Positions 28,911 to 39,240 are shown, counted from the first letter of the stretch. The stretch is 64,000 nucleotides of DNA from an uncultured Dehalococcoidia bacterium (GCA_964565775.1 CAZMGB010000003.1:30079-94078); one strand, 5' to 3'. Translations and numbers: made by a program. The notes: generated by a model not told the origin, from the sequence alone.

Positions 28911-30905
28911 GTGGCTGACATCGGGCACGCGGCTCTGCTGGTCGGGCTGATCATGGCCGCCTATGCGGCGGTCAGCTCCCTCGTGGCGGCCCGCTCTGGC
29001 AACGGGGAGTTGTGGCAGAGCGCCCGCAACGGCGCGTTCGCGGCGTTTGCGCTCACGAGCCTGGCTTCCGGGGCGCTCCTGTACGCCCTCTTCACCCACG
29101 ACTTCAGCATCCGATACGTTGCCGAATACTCCAGCTCAAACCTGGCCCCGATATACATCCTTTCCGCATGGTGGGCCGGTCTTGAGGGCTCCCTGCTGCT
29201 CTGGTGCTGGCTGCTGGCGGTGTTTACAGCGCTGGTGCTGCTCCAGACGCAGCGGCAGAACGTTCGACTGGCTCCCTACATCACCGCAACCATGACAGGG
29301 CTCCTAGCCTTCTTCCTGGGCCTCGTGATATTCACCGCCAACCCATTCGAACGGCTTCCCCAGCCCGCCGCCGAAGGCCTGGGCCTGAACCCGCTGCTCG
29401 AAAACCCGGGCATGATCATCCACCCGCCGGCGCTCTACCTCGGGTTCGTAGGCTTCAGCGTCCCCTTCGCCTTCGCCGTAGCCGCGTTGGTCACCGGACG
29501 CGTCGATGACCAGTGGATCCGCTCGAGTCGCCGCTGGACGCTCGTGGCGTGGCTCTTTCTCGGGCTGGGGAACCTGCTCGGCGCGCAGTGGGCATACGTG
29601 GAGCTGGGCTGGGGAGGCTTCTGGGGCTGGGACCCCGTGGAGAACGCCTCCTTCATGCCCTGGCTCACCGGCACGGCATTCCTGCACTCAATCATGATCC
29701 AGCAACGACGGGGAATGCTGAAGGTCTGGAACATGCTCCTCATCATCGCCACCTTCAGCCTCTGTCTGTTCGGGACCATGGTGACCCGAAGCGGCCTCCT
29801 CTCGTCGGTGCACGCGTTCTCGGGCTCCGCCATGGGGCCTCTGCTCATCTTCCTCATCGCCGTGGTGGCACTGGGCTCTCTATGGCTTCTCTGGAAGAGG
29901 CTGCCCTTGCTGCGAAGCGAGGAGCACCTCGACTCGTTCGTCTCCCGCGAGGCCTCCTTCCTTTTCAACAACGTGCTCCTTGTGGGCGCGGCCTTCGCCA
30001 TCTTCTGGGGGACGATCTTCCCCCTGCTTTCTGAGGTGGTGCAGGGAACGCGAAGCACGGTCGGGCCTTCCTTCTTCGAGCAGGTCACGGGGCCGATCTT
30101 CCTGGCGATACTCGTGCTCCTGGGAGTGTGCCCCCGGCTCGGCTGGCGGAAAGCCTCCGCGAGGAATCTGCTTGGCAGCCTTGTCGTGCCGGTAGCGGCC
30201 GGCCTCACGGTCGCTGTCCTGCTGTACGCTCGAGGCCTGCGACCGCTGCACGCGGTGATAGCGTTCGGCGTCTTCGTGTTCGCTGGCACGGTCATCCTCG
30301 CCGAGCTGTACCGGACGCTGCGGCCCCGGCAGGCGACGGGCCCGACGCACTGGCTCTCCACCCTTCCCAGGCTCTTCGCCGCGAATCGGTCTCGCTTCAC
30401 GGCCTTCATTGCCCACGCCGGAGTACTGCTTCTGGCCATGGGTATCCTGGCTTCCATCACATACAGCGAGAGCGTCGAGGCGACGCTGGCGCCGGGGGAG
30501 AGCGCGCGCATCCAGGAGTACGAGCTGACCTTCTTGGGGCTGAGCCAGTCCAACGCGCCCGACCAGACGGTCGTCTCCGCTGAGCTTGCGGTTCAGGACA
30601 ACGGGAAGCCCTCCGGCACCATGACAGCGGAGAAGAACTTCCACCGGACCTACCAGAACCCGGTGACCGAAGTAGGAATCCGTAGCACCCCCATCGAGGA
30701 CCTCTATGTCGTGCTCGGTAACTTGAACGAGGACGGCTCAGCGAGCTTCCGCTTCATCGTCAATCCGCTCGTGATGTGGCTGTGGATCGGTGGCGGAATC
30801 ATCATTGCCGGCACGGCGATCGCCCTCTGGCCCGATCGATACGCGGAGCGGGCCTTCCGCTGGCGCCCAAGAGAGACAGCGGAAATGGAGCTTGGTCGTG
30901 TCTAG
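28911..30905 (+). CDS. ccmF: Cytochrome c-type biogenesis protein CcmF (haem lyase)
   Basis: Multi-TM protein with the WWD domain 'WGGFWGWDPVENASFMPWL'. 664 aa. GTG start. Confidence 0.9.
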   Translation: MADIGHAALLVGLIMAAYAAVSSLVAARSGNGELWQSARNGAFAAFALTSLASGALLYALFTHDFSIRYVAEYSSSNLAPIYILSAWWAGLEGSLLLWCWLLAVFTALVLLQTQRQNVRLAPYITATMTGLLAFFLGLVIFTANPFERLPQPAAEGLGLNPLLENPGMIIHPPALYLGFVGFSVPFAFAVAALVTGRVDDQWIRSSRRWTLVAWLFLGLGNLLGAQWAYVELGWGGFWGWDPVENASFMPWLTGTAFLHSIMIQQRRGMLKVWNMLLIIATFSLCLFGTMVTRSGLLSSVHAFSGSAMGPLLIFLIAVVALGSLWLLWKRLPLLRSEEHLDSFVSREASFLFNNVLLVGAAFAIFWGTIFPLLSEVVQGTRSTVGPSFFEQVTGPIFLAILVLLGVCPRLGWRKASARNLLGSLVVPVAAGLTVAVLLYARGLRPLHAVIAFGVFVFAGTVILAELYRTLRPRQATGPTHWLSTLPRLFAANRSRFTAFIAHAGVLLLAMGILASITYSESVEATLAPGESARIQEYELTFLGLSQSNAPDQTVVSAELAVQDNGKPSGTMTAEKNFHRTYQNPVTEVGIRSTPIEDLYVVLGNLNEDGSASFRFIVNPLVMWLWIGGGIIIAGTAIALWPDRYAERAFRWRPRETAEMELGRV

Positions 30906-31395
30906 ATGGCTGATCGCTCCGCTCGTCCTGGCGCTCCTGTTCGCCCTCGCCCAGCCGGAGACCCCGGTGGCGTACGGCGCGGACCCGACCGATGTGGAGG
31001 CGATAACCTCGGAACTGGTTTGCCCCTGCTCCACCAACCTGTCGGTGGCCGCCTGCCAGAAGTCCATCGAGTGCCCCCTCGCGGCCAAGATGGAGAGCCT
31101 AGCCGACGAGCTCGCCACGTCGGGGATGAGCACCAGAGACGCATTGGACTACTTCGTGGAGATATACGGCGACTCGATCCTCGTATCACCGAGAAAGGAG
31201 GGCTTCGCTCTCTCCGCCTGGGCGGTGCCTTTCATCGGTGTGGGCCTCGGCATCGCCGCCATCTCCTGGCTGTCCTGGAAATGGACCCGCCAGCGACGCG
31301 GCGCGGTCCCCGCGACGTCACAAGGCGACACCGGCGAGCCCGACCTGGCGGCCTACCGCAAGCGCGTGGAGCGAGACCTGGAGCAGCTCGGATGA
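30898..31395 (+). CDS. CcmH/CycL-like cytochrome c biogenesis protein (thiol-redox motif variant LVCPC...C)
   Basis: Signal peptide. 'ELVCPCSTNLSVAACQKSIECP' stands in place of LRCxxC. C-terminal TM anchor. In the canonical position after ccmF. The GTG start overlaps the ccmF stop. Confidence 0.5.
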   Translation: MSRWLIAPLVLALLFALAQPETPVAYGADPTDVEAITSELVCPCSTNLSVAACQKSIECPLAAKMESLADELATSGMSTRDALDYFVEIYGDSILVSPRKEGFALSAWAVPFIGVGLGIAAISWLSWKWTRQRRGAVPATSQGDTGEPDLAAYRKRVERDLEQLG

Positions 31396-31405
31396 GAGGC
31401 AACAG

Positions 31406-31798
31406 ATGGATTCGGTAGCAGCGTTCTTTCTAATGATCGTGGCGTTCGTCGCCATAGGCTACCCCCTGCTGCGACCCGACCACAGCCGCGCCCTGCCCGT
31501 CGATCAGGAAGGGCCGCCGGACGACCTGGAACGTGAGCGCGATGCCGCCTACCGCGCAATTAAGGAGCTGGAGACCGAGCACCGCCTCGGCCACCTCTCG
31601 ACGGAAGACTATGAGGAGCTGCGCGGGCAGTACGTAGAACGGGCCGCCCGCATCCTCAAGCGTCTGGACGCCTCCAGGGCGGCACCGGCCCGCCGCGCCC
31701 GCGCGAAAGCGCCGACCTGCCCGGAGTGCGGGACACGGGGGCATCGACGCGACCGCTTCTGCGGCGCCTGCGGCCACGTGTTGAGGGTAGCGTCATGA
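31406..31798 (+). CDS. Small membrane protein with N-terminal TM helix and C-terminal zinc ribbon (CPECG...CGACG)
   Basis: 'FFLMIVAFVAIGYPLL' TM helix. Two CxxC pairs at the C-terminus. Embedded in the ccm operon. Same architecture class as 3253-4155. Confidence 0.5.
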   Translation: MDSVAAFFLMIVAFVAIGYPLLRPDHSRALPVDQEGPPDDLERERDAAYRAIKELETEHRLGHLSTEDYEELRGQYVERAARILKRLDASRAAPARRARAKAPTCPECGTRGHRRDRFCGACGHVLRVAS

Positions 31799-32850
31799 AG
31801 CGTTGGCTACCGGCGATTGGAGCACTGCTGCTACTCATGCTCGCGCAGGTGCCGGGGGCGGCCGCCGAGGACGGGGAGACGGGCAGCATCGCGGGCCGCG
31901 TGCTCGACGGCACACAGGGGGGAACCCCGGTCGCCGGCCAGGACGTGGTGCTCCAGGGGGTGCGCCACAGCGACGAGGCGACCATCCTTCCCGTGCAGGT
32001 TACGCAGACCGACCCCCAAGGTAACTTCCGTTTCGACGGACTGCCGGTTTCGGAGGAGAACTCATTCCTGGTCTTCGTGACGTACGACAACGTCGAGTAC
32101 GGAAGCAAAGACGTCAAGCTCACCGCGGAAGAGCCCTCGGCGGACCTCGAGATGGAGGTATACGGATCCACGACCGCCGACGACCAGATCCGCGTGTCCC
32201 TGGACCACATCGTGATCGAGGCCGACGCCCAGGCCCAGGTGCTTAGCGTCCTCGAGGTGTTCCAAGTGCTGAACGAGGGCGACCGCGCCTATGTCGGCGA
32301 GAGCGACAACACCGACAGTTCCCCTACCCTCCAGTTGTCTCTACCGGAGGGCGCCACGCAGGTGAGCGTGATAAGCGGGGTGACGTCTCAGAACCTGGTG
32401 CCATCAGCGGCAGGCCTAGCCGACACCACGCCCGTAGTACCGGGAGAGAAGGAGGTCGCCCTGGGCTATGAGCTCCCATACGCTGAGTCCGAGCTGCTCC
32501 TGCAGAAGACTCTCTACTACCCGACGGACAGGCTTGCGATCCTGGTCCAGGACGCTGGCTTCACCATCGACAGCCCGGCGCTCTCGGCGCCCCAACCCAC
32601 GGACATGGGCGAGGAACGCTACCTCCTTCTGACCGGCGAGTCGCTGGCGGCGGGCCAGAGCATCGAAGTGTCGCTCAGTGACCTGCCCACCGCAAGCTCG
32701 AGCGGGGGTCGGCCCGACGTTCTCTGGCCGCTCATGGGCGCAGGCCTGGCGGTGGCCCTCGGCATGGCGGTGCTCTACCCTCGCCTGCGCCGACGCCTGC
32801 GACGGCCGGAGAGCGACGAGCAGCACTGGGCATCGGGGGACCAGCCGTGA
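31795..32850 (+). CDS. Secreted protein with CarboxypepD_reg-like N-terminal domain and C-terminal TM anchor, hypothetical
   Basis: Signal peptide 'MKRWLPAIGALLLLMLAQVPGAAA'. 'GSIAGRVLDGTQGGTPVAGQDVVLQG...TDPQGNFRFDGLP'. C-terminal 'LWPLMGAGLAVALGMAVLY'. ATGA overlap with the upstream gene. Confidence 0.55.
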   Translation: MKRWLPAIGALLLLMLAQVPGAAAEDGETGSIAGRVLDGTQGGTPVAGQDVVLQGVRHSDEATILPVQVTQTDPQGNFRFDGLPVSEENSFLVFVTYDNVEYGSKDVKLTAEEPSADLEMEVYGSTTADDQIRVSLDHIVIEADAQAQVLSVLEVFQVLNEGDRAYVGESDNTDSSPTLQLSLPEGATQVSVISGVTSQNLVPSAAGLADTTPVVPGEKEVALGYELPYAESELLLQKTLYYPTDRLAILVQDAGFTIDSPALSAPQPTDMGEERYLLLTGESLAAGQSIEVSLSDLPTASSSGGRPDVLWPLMGAGLAVALGMAVLYPRLRRRLRRPESDEQHWASGDQP

Positions 32851-33626
32851 GCGGGCCGACGACCGGCCGCGTTCGAAGCGGGGCAGCGCTGGGGCCGGCG
32901 CCGGGACTCCCGGCCGCGGCGGCGATTGAGGTAGACCGCTTGCACAAGACGTTCGGCCACCTGGCCGTCCTGCGGGGCCTGGACCTGCGAGTTCGGTCGG
33001 GCGAGCGCCTTCTCCTGGTAGGCCCCAACGGCTCGGGGAAGACGACGCTCCTCAAGATCCTGGCGACACTGATCCGCCCCAGCGGTGGTCGCGTCCGTGT
33101 TTGCGGCTTTGACGTCCGCCGGGACGCGGCCGCCGTTCGCCGCTGCGTGGGCGTCCTTTCCCACCAGACCTACCTCTACGGGGAGCTCACTGCCCTCGAG
33201 AACCTGAGCTTCTACAGAGACATGTACGGTATATCGAACGGACATCAGCGGCTCCCAGACCTACTTCGTCAGGTTGGACTGGAGCGGCGGGCGCACGTCC
33301 AGGTGCGGACACTCTCCCGAGGCATGCAGCAGCGGCTGGCCCTGGCGCGGGCGCTGCTCCACCGGCCGCCGGTTCTCCTCCTGGACGAACCGGACACCGG
33401 ACTCGACCAGAAGGCCGCTGCTATGCTCGGCGACCTGCTCTCGGCGGTAGCCGCCGAGGGCCGCACGACGGTACTCACCAGCCACAACCTGGAGCGGGGC
33501 CTGGCCCTGGCCGACCGGGTCGCTGTGTTGGCAGGCGGCCGCATCACGTTCGAGGCCGCGAAGGAAGAGCTCCATGCTGGAGACCTGGAGAAGGTTTACC
33601 ATCGCCTTGCCCGTGCCGCGGGCTGA
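32847..33626 (+). CDS. ccmA: Haem exporter ATP-binding protein CcmA (ABC ATPase)
   Basis: Walker A 'GPNGSGKTT'. ABC signature 'LSRGMQQRLALARAL'. Walker B 'LLLDEP'. Confidence 0.85.
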   Translation: MSGPTTGRVRSGAALGPAPGLPAAAAIEVDRLHKTFGHLAVLRGLDLRVRSGERLLLVGPNGSGKTTLLKILATLIRPSGGRVRVCGFDVRRDAAAVRRCVGVLSHQTYLYGELTALENLSFYRDMYGISNGHQRLPDLLRQVGLERRAHVQVRTLSRGMQQRLALARALLHRPPVLLLDEPDTGLDQKAAAMLGDLLSAVAAEGRTTVLTSHNLERGLALADRVAVLAGGRITFEAAKEELHAGDLEKVYHRLARAAG

Positions 33627-34317
33627 CCCGGCGCTGGTCGCGTACCTACGCCAGATAGCGGCGCTGGCCGCCAAGGACATCCGGTCCGAGCTGAGAAGCC
33701 GCCAGGTCGTCGGCACGACCGTGGTCTTCGCTTTGATGATCCTAGTCATCTTCAACTTCGCCTTCGACCTCGAGCGCTCGCAGATGGACAGGCTGGCCCC
33801 GCCCATGCTCTGGGTCGCCGTCACGCTGGCCGCCGTCCTCGGGCTGAACCACGTCTTTGGCAAAGAGAAGGAACAGGCGTCGCTGGAGGGCATCCTCCTG
33901 TGCCCGGCAGACCGCGGCGCGATCTACTTCGGCAAGCTGCTGGGGGCCCTTACCTTCACCACGGCCATGGAGGCAGCGGTCCTGCCCATCTTCGTAGTCT
34001 TCACCGACCAATCGATGTTCTCGGTAGGGCCGTTGCTGGCGCTTCTGCTGGGAACCGTGGGCTTTCTTGCCGTGGGCACTCTCTTCGCCGCCGTCAGCAG
34101 CAATGCGAGGACCCGCGAGATCCTCCTGCCCATCCTGCTCTTCCCCATCGCGACGCCGATCCTGGTGGCAGGGGTCGAGGTGACAGGCATGGGTCTGAGA
34201 GGAGAACCGTTCAGCGAGTTGGCCGGCTGGTTGGGGCTGCTGGCCGCCTTCGACCTCGTGTTCCTGGTTCTCTGCCCCATGCTGTTTGAGTACGTCGTGG
34301 AGGAGATGAGCCCCTGA
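33574..34317 (+). CDS. ccmB: Haem exporter protein CcmB (ABC permease); start uncertain (33574 or GTG 33613)
   Basis: Six TM helices. Position and size match CcmB. Overlaps the ccmA 3' end. Confidence 0.75.
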   Translation: MLETWRRFTIALPVPRADPALVAYLRQIAALAAKDIRSELRSRQVVGTTVVFALMILVIFNFAFDLERSQMDRLAPPMLWVAVTLAAVLGLNHVFGKEKEQASLEGILLCPADRGAIYFGKLLGALTFTTAMEAAVLPIFVVFTDQSMFSVGPLLALLLGTVGFLAVGTLFAAVSSNARTREILLPILLFPIATPILVAGVEVTGMGLRGEPFSELAGWLGLLAAFDLVFLVLCPMLFEYVVEEMSP

Positions 34318-34336
34318 GCGGCCCTGGCTAGGAGGG

Positions 34337-35077
34337 ATGTCGAGTATGATTTCATCGCATGCAACGAGCGTCCGCAGCCATGCGACGCTTGAGCGCGTTC
34401 AGCCCTGGCTTCTGGCGGCGTCATGCCTGTCCATCCTCGTGGCGCTCTATGCCGCTTTCGTCTACGCCCCTGAGGAAGCCACGATGGGACAAGTGCAGCG
34501 CATCTTCTACTTTCACGTGCCGGCCGCGTGGGTCGCTTTCCTGGCGTACTTCGGGGTCTTCGTCGCCGGGATTGGCTATCTGAAGACACGGCGGATGGGG
34601 TGGGACATCGTGGCCCGCTCCTCCGCCGAGATCGGCGTGCTTTTCACCACGCTCGCCCTGATCACGGGCTCTCTCTGGGCCAAGCCTGTCTGGGGCACTT
34701 GGTGGACGTGGGACCCGCGCCTCACCACCACGCTGGTGCTCTGGCTGATCTACGTGTCCTATCTCCTCCTGCGAAGCGCGCTCCCGGAGCCGGAGCGGCG
34801 TGCGGCCTTCGCCTCTGTGGTCGGCATCGTCGGATTCGTCGACGTGCCGATCGTATTCGGCTCGATACGGTGGTGGCGCACGATCCACCCCGTTGTCATG
34901 GACACCGGCGGCTTCGACCTGGCGCGTCCGATGCTCGTGGCGCTACTCGTGGCCCTGTCAGCATTCACCATCCTGTACCTGGCTCTCCTCTCGGTTCGCA
35001 TATCCCTGGAGCGCAGCAAGGAGGACCTGGAGCGGCTGAGGTACAAGGTGGGTCTCTACGAAGAAGAGGGGGTGTGA
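34337..35077 (+). CDS. ccmC: Haem exporter protein CcmC
   Basis: WWD motif 'WGTWWTWDPRLT'. 'YFHVPAAW'. Multi-TM. Confidence 0.85.
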   Translation: MSSMISSHATSVRSHATLERVQPWLLAASCLSILVALYAAFVYAPEEATMGQVQRIFYFHVPAAWVAFLAYFGVFVAGIGYLKTRRMGWDIVARSSAEIGVLFTTLALITGSLWAKPVWGTWWTWDPRLTTTLVLWLIYVSYLLLRSALPEPERRAAFASVVGIVGFVDVPIVFGSIRWWRTIHPVVMDTGGFDLARPMLVALLVALSAFTILYLALLSVRISLERSKEDLERLRYKVGLYEEEGV

Positions 35078-35079
35078 GG

Positions 35080-35328
35080 ATGGACAGCATTTGGTATCTG
35101 ACTCTGGCGTACGCCGTCATCTGGGTGGGCCTGTTCGCCTACCTGCTCAACCTAGCTCGGGAAGGACGGAGCATCCGCCAACAGATGGACCTACTGCGAG
35201 ACCTCGTCGATGGGAGCGGCATCGCATCCGAGATGGAGCTTCCAGCGGCGGAGACGTGGGAACAACAGCCGGAACCGACGACGACTGCCGCAAGACTCGG
35301 CGACGGCTGGCCGGCTCTGGAGCGCTGA
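35080..35328 (+). CDS. ccmD: Haem exporter protein CcmD (small single-TM)
   Basis: 'MDSIWYLTLAYAVIWVGLFAYLL'. 82 aa. Sits between ccmC and ccmG. Confidence 0.6.
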   Translation: MDSIWYLTLAYAVIWVGLFAYLLNLAREGRSIRQQMDLLRDLVDGSGIASEMELPAAETWEQQPEPTTTAARLGDGWPALER

Positions 35329-35329
35329 C

Positions 35330-35947
35330 GTGTCCGGGCCCAAAACCGACATCTCTGCCGACATGGCCGCCCGCCCCATGGGCGACGACGGCCTGGATAC
35401 GACTGAAGGGCAAGGCGGACTTCGGAGCTCGCTGAGATACGTGCCATTGGCCTTCGTGGGGCTCGTTGTGGTGGCGCTGCTTGCCCTTCTCCTCTACGGG
35501 GTCTTCGCGGGCGGCGGCGACGACACTCTCGCCGTGAGGAAGCGCCCTGCGCCTGATTTCGTGCTGTCCCTTTTCGACGGCCGGGAGATCAGCCTCGCCG
35601 ATTTCGCCGGCAAGGTGGTGGTCCTCAACTTCTGGGCCTCGTGGTGCGACCCCTGCGAAGCGGAGGCCCCGGTACTGGAGGACGGCTGGCAGGCGTACGC
35701 CGACCAGGGCGTCGCGGTCATCGGCGTGGACACGGACGATACAGACGAGGACGCCCGCGCCTTTATTGAGCGACATAACTTGACCTATTACAACGGCCCC
35801 GAGTCAGGCAACCTCTCGGTCAAGTACGGCGTGCTGGGACTGCCGGAGACCTACTTCATCGATCAGGAGGGGATGATCGTGCGGCGCTGGGTGGGCGAAA
35901 TCAGCGACGAGCAACTTGCGTCATTCGTGAAGGAGCTGCTCCCCTGA
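35330..35947 (+). CDS. ccmG: Thiol:disulfide oxidoreductase CcmG/DsbE/ResA (TlpA family thioredoxin)
   Basis: 'LNFWASWCDPCEAEAP' (WCxxC). TM anchor. The GTG start directly follows the ccmD stop. Confidence 0.85.
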   Translation: MSGPKTDISADMAARPMGDDGLDTTEGQGGLRSSLRYVPLAFVGLVVVALLALLLYGVFAGGGDDTLAVRKRPAPDFVLSLFDGREISLADFAGKVVVLNFWASWCDPCEAEAPVLEDGWQAYADQGVAVIGVDTDDTDEDARAFIERHNLTYYNGPESGNLSVKYGVLGLPETYFIDQEGMIVRRWVGEISDEQLASFVKELLP

Positions 35948-36018
35948 GCCCGGCAGTCGACGCACCGGGATGGGGGCTGGCCTTCGGGGCGGGGCTGATC
36001 TCCTCGCTGAGTCCCTGT

Positions 36019-36669
36019 GTGCTGCCGCTGATTCCCGTCTATATGGCCTACATCTCGGGCGTTTCGCTTCAGGGGGCGGGCCAGTCGAGTGGCCTCCGCA
36101 ACACTTTGGATGCCCTAAGCGCTACCCTGCTCTTCACGCTTGGCTTCACCTTTGTCTTCGTTGCTCTGGGCACCTCGGCTTCTCTCCTGGGAGGCGTCCT
36201 GGACGAGCACCGGCGTCTGCTCTACCAGATCTCCGGCGGCGTGATGGTGGTCATGGGGATTCTGATGGCGGGGCTGCTGCGGGTGCCCCTTCTCAAACGC
36301 GAGTACCGGCCGGCATTCAACGCGGCCTCCCTGGGCTCGACCGGCCCGGTGCTCTTTGGCATGGCCTTCGCACTGGGGTGGACGCCCTGCGTGGGCCCTG
36401 TGCTGGCCTCAGTTCTCTTCTACGCCGGTACCTCTGAGACCGCCGGCCAGGGAGGTCTCCTGCTCTTCGTCTACTCGCTCGGGTTCGCGCTGCCGCTGGT
36501 CATCGGCGGCGTGGCATGGGCGCACGGGCTGCGACTATCATCGTGGCTCCAGCGCTGCTACGGCAAGCTCACCCTGGCGGGCGGCATCCTCCTCATGGTG
36601 GTCGGCGCCCTCTTCATTGCGGACCAGTGGTACCGGGTGAACGTCTGGACGGACAAGCTGCTGGGTTAG
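36019..36669 (+). CDS. ccdA: Cytochrome c biogenesis transmembrane thiol-disulfide transporter CcdA/DsbD-core (N-terminus unresolved)
   Basis: 'LSPCVLPLIPVY' and 'GWTPCVGPVL' conserved Cys pairs. The in-frame upstream sequence continues as '...GWGLAFGAGLISSLSPC' without a canonical start; see finding. Confidence 0.8.
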   Translation: MLPLIPVYMAYISGVSLQGAGQSSGLRNTLDALSATLLFTLGFTFVFVALGTSASLLGGVLDEHRRLLYQISGGVMVVMGILMAGLLRVPLLKREYRPAFNAASLGSTGPVLFGMAFALGWTPCVGPVLASVLFYAGTSETAGQGGLLLFVYSLGFALPLVIGGVAWAHGLRLSSWLQRCYGKLTLAGGILLMVVGALFIADQWYRVNVWTDKLLG

Positions 36670-37178
36670 GCCGAGTGCTGGGAGCGCGGCCCAAGCGTGA
36701 GCCGGAAGGTGCAGGAGTTGGAGCCGGTCGCGACTGACTCCACTATCTCGATTGTCACCGGCCCGCCGTGGAACTGCTCCACCAGACTCCGCGTCCACTC
36801 CGCGGAGCAGGCGCACATCTTCGCGTCCAGATCGATGATTTTGCGTCGCACAAGCGGGCACATGCACTGGCCTTCGCGCTCCTCGCGCCACATGATTTCG
36901 TCCCCCGTCCGGGAGATCTCGATACGCTCCGGCCCGGCGCGGCGAAACCACTCGAGCATCCCATCCAGGTCGAGGTCGGTCGGCATGTTGGACACGCGCA
37001 GGAAGCGGGCGCGGCAGGCCGAAGCCATCTCCCCTGTCAGGGCGTTCAGGGATGACTCGTCAAGCGCGAAGATGCCACGAAAGAGTCCCCGGACAATATC
37101 GTCCTGGTGGGATCGGAGCAGTTCCTCAACGAACTCCTGCGATCTGTCGGCGCTCATGAGATGGTGGTCCTGCTTCAA
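36666..37178 (-). CDS. Hypothetical Cys-rich cytoplasmic protein (CMCP...CACS...C)
   Basis: 170-aa ORF with no TM helices and several Cys clusters. Function unknown. Confidence 0.4.
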   Translation of the reverse strand: MKQDHHLMSADRSQEFVEELLRSHQDDIVRGLFRGIFALDESSLNALTGEMASACRARFLRVSNMPTDLDLDGMLEWFRRAGPERIEISRTGDEIMWREEREGQCMCPLVRRKIIDLDAKMCACSAEWTRSLVEQFHGGPVTIEIVESVATGSNSCTFRLTLGPRSQHSA

Positions 37179-37180
37179 TT

Positions 37181-37192
37181 CTACATCTGTAG
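37181..37192. promoter_or_regulatory. Palindrome CTACA-TC-TGTAG at the start of the - strand gene 36666-37178 (operator-like)
   Basis: Read directly. Related 'ATCTGTAG' motifs recur at 37374-37386. Confidence 0.2.
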
Positions 37193-37637
37193 ACTACCAT
37201 GTGTCGTCAGCGACTTCCGGAGTTGCGGGGTGGCAATACCCCATCCGCATCTGGAACGCCGGCTGGCTGAACCGCCCACACGAGTTCTCCCTGGCCAGGC
37301 GTCGGATCAGATGTTGTCCTCTCCGGCGACGCGCTCGCCCCGGGGCCCGGGCTGCAGGGCGCGAGTATTCCATCTGTATCTGTAGGGTAGCCGCTGGGCT
37401 GATTCGGCCGGCCTCCGGTCTGGAGCGTGACCCTTTGGGGCCCACGAATTCGATCAGTATGGCTGTGATCCGTGCCGATCGAGTTCCTAGACCCGACAAG
37501 TGAGGCTCGCGAGGACGCCGTCTGCGCTCATCCAGTTAGATTCGGATTAGATTCCTGGCCCCCATAGGCGGGTTGGACGCGGGGGCGAATAGATGATAAA
37601 CTGAATCCAGTTACTCCACAGTACCGGGGGAGGGATC

Positions 37638-37973
37638 ATGGCCTACAAGGATCCGGCGGAACCGTTCACCAGGCTCAGCGCGGCTGAAGTGAGGCAGATG
37701 ATGGTGAACGGCGATGTCCAACTGATTGACGTGGGCGAGGCCAAGGAATATGGGCTGAAACACCTGCCGGGTGCCGTCCACATCCCCGTGGGCAAGGTCT
37801 ACGCCCGCCGCGATGAGCTGAGCGAGGACCGGGACATCGTTTTTGTCTGCCCCATTGGACAGCGCAGCGCCCTGGCCTGTGAGATGGCAGCGGCGGCGGG
37901 CCTCACGCGGCTCTACAACATGGAGGGTGGTATTGAGGCCTGGATCAAAGAAGGCTATCCCGTTGAGGAGTAG
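37638..37973 (+). CDS. Single-domain rhodanese-like sulfurtransferase
   Basis: SD 'GGGGGAGGG'. Active-site loop 'VCPIGQRS' (Cys-X4-Arg). About 110 aa. Confidence 0.8.
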   Translation: MAYKDPAEPFTRLSAAEVRQMMVNGDVQLIDVGEAKEYGLKHLPGAVHIPVGKVYARRDELSEDRDIVFVCPIGQRSALACEMAAAAGLTRLYNMEGGIEAWIKEGYPVEE

Positions 37974-38313
37974 AGCCGTTGCCGCTTTGGCCGTGCTCGA
38001 CGCCTGCTGGCCGCCGCGGCCTTCGCGCGGACCGAGCATGCCACTCGGTGGCTATGTTCGGGTGAGGCAACGTCTGCCAGACCGGCGGTCTCGTATGAGA
38101 CCTGCCGAGGATAGGGAGGCCAGACTGGAAAGCGGGACTCCCCCGACCGGGCTTCGAGGCCCTCCAGCCGGAACGGTGCCCACCTCGGACCGCCAGGTCA
38201 AAAGGGGAATTCCGGCTGGAGGGCGAGCTCGGGCTTCGCCGTCGGTCGCGGGCAACTGGGAACCGGGAGAGCGACATCAGCCAGCCTCGTTAGAAGGGAG
38301 GGGGTCTTAGCCG

Positions 38314-39240
<927 letters not shown>

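Noticed and set aside
37974-38313. T-box or S-box riboswitch in the 340-nt leader upstream of cysK
   Set aside because: Neither the T-box 'AGGGUGGNACCGCG' nor the SAM-I consensus could be found by eye. The leader is probably just a promoter/UTR.
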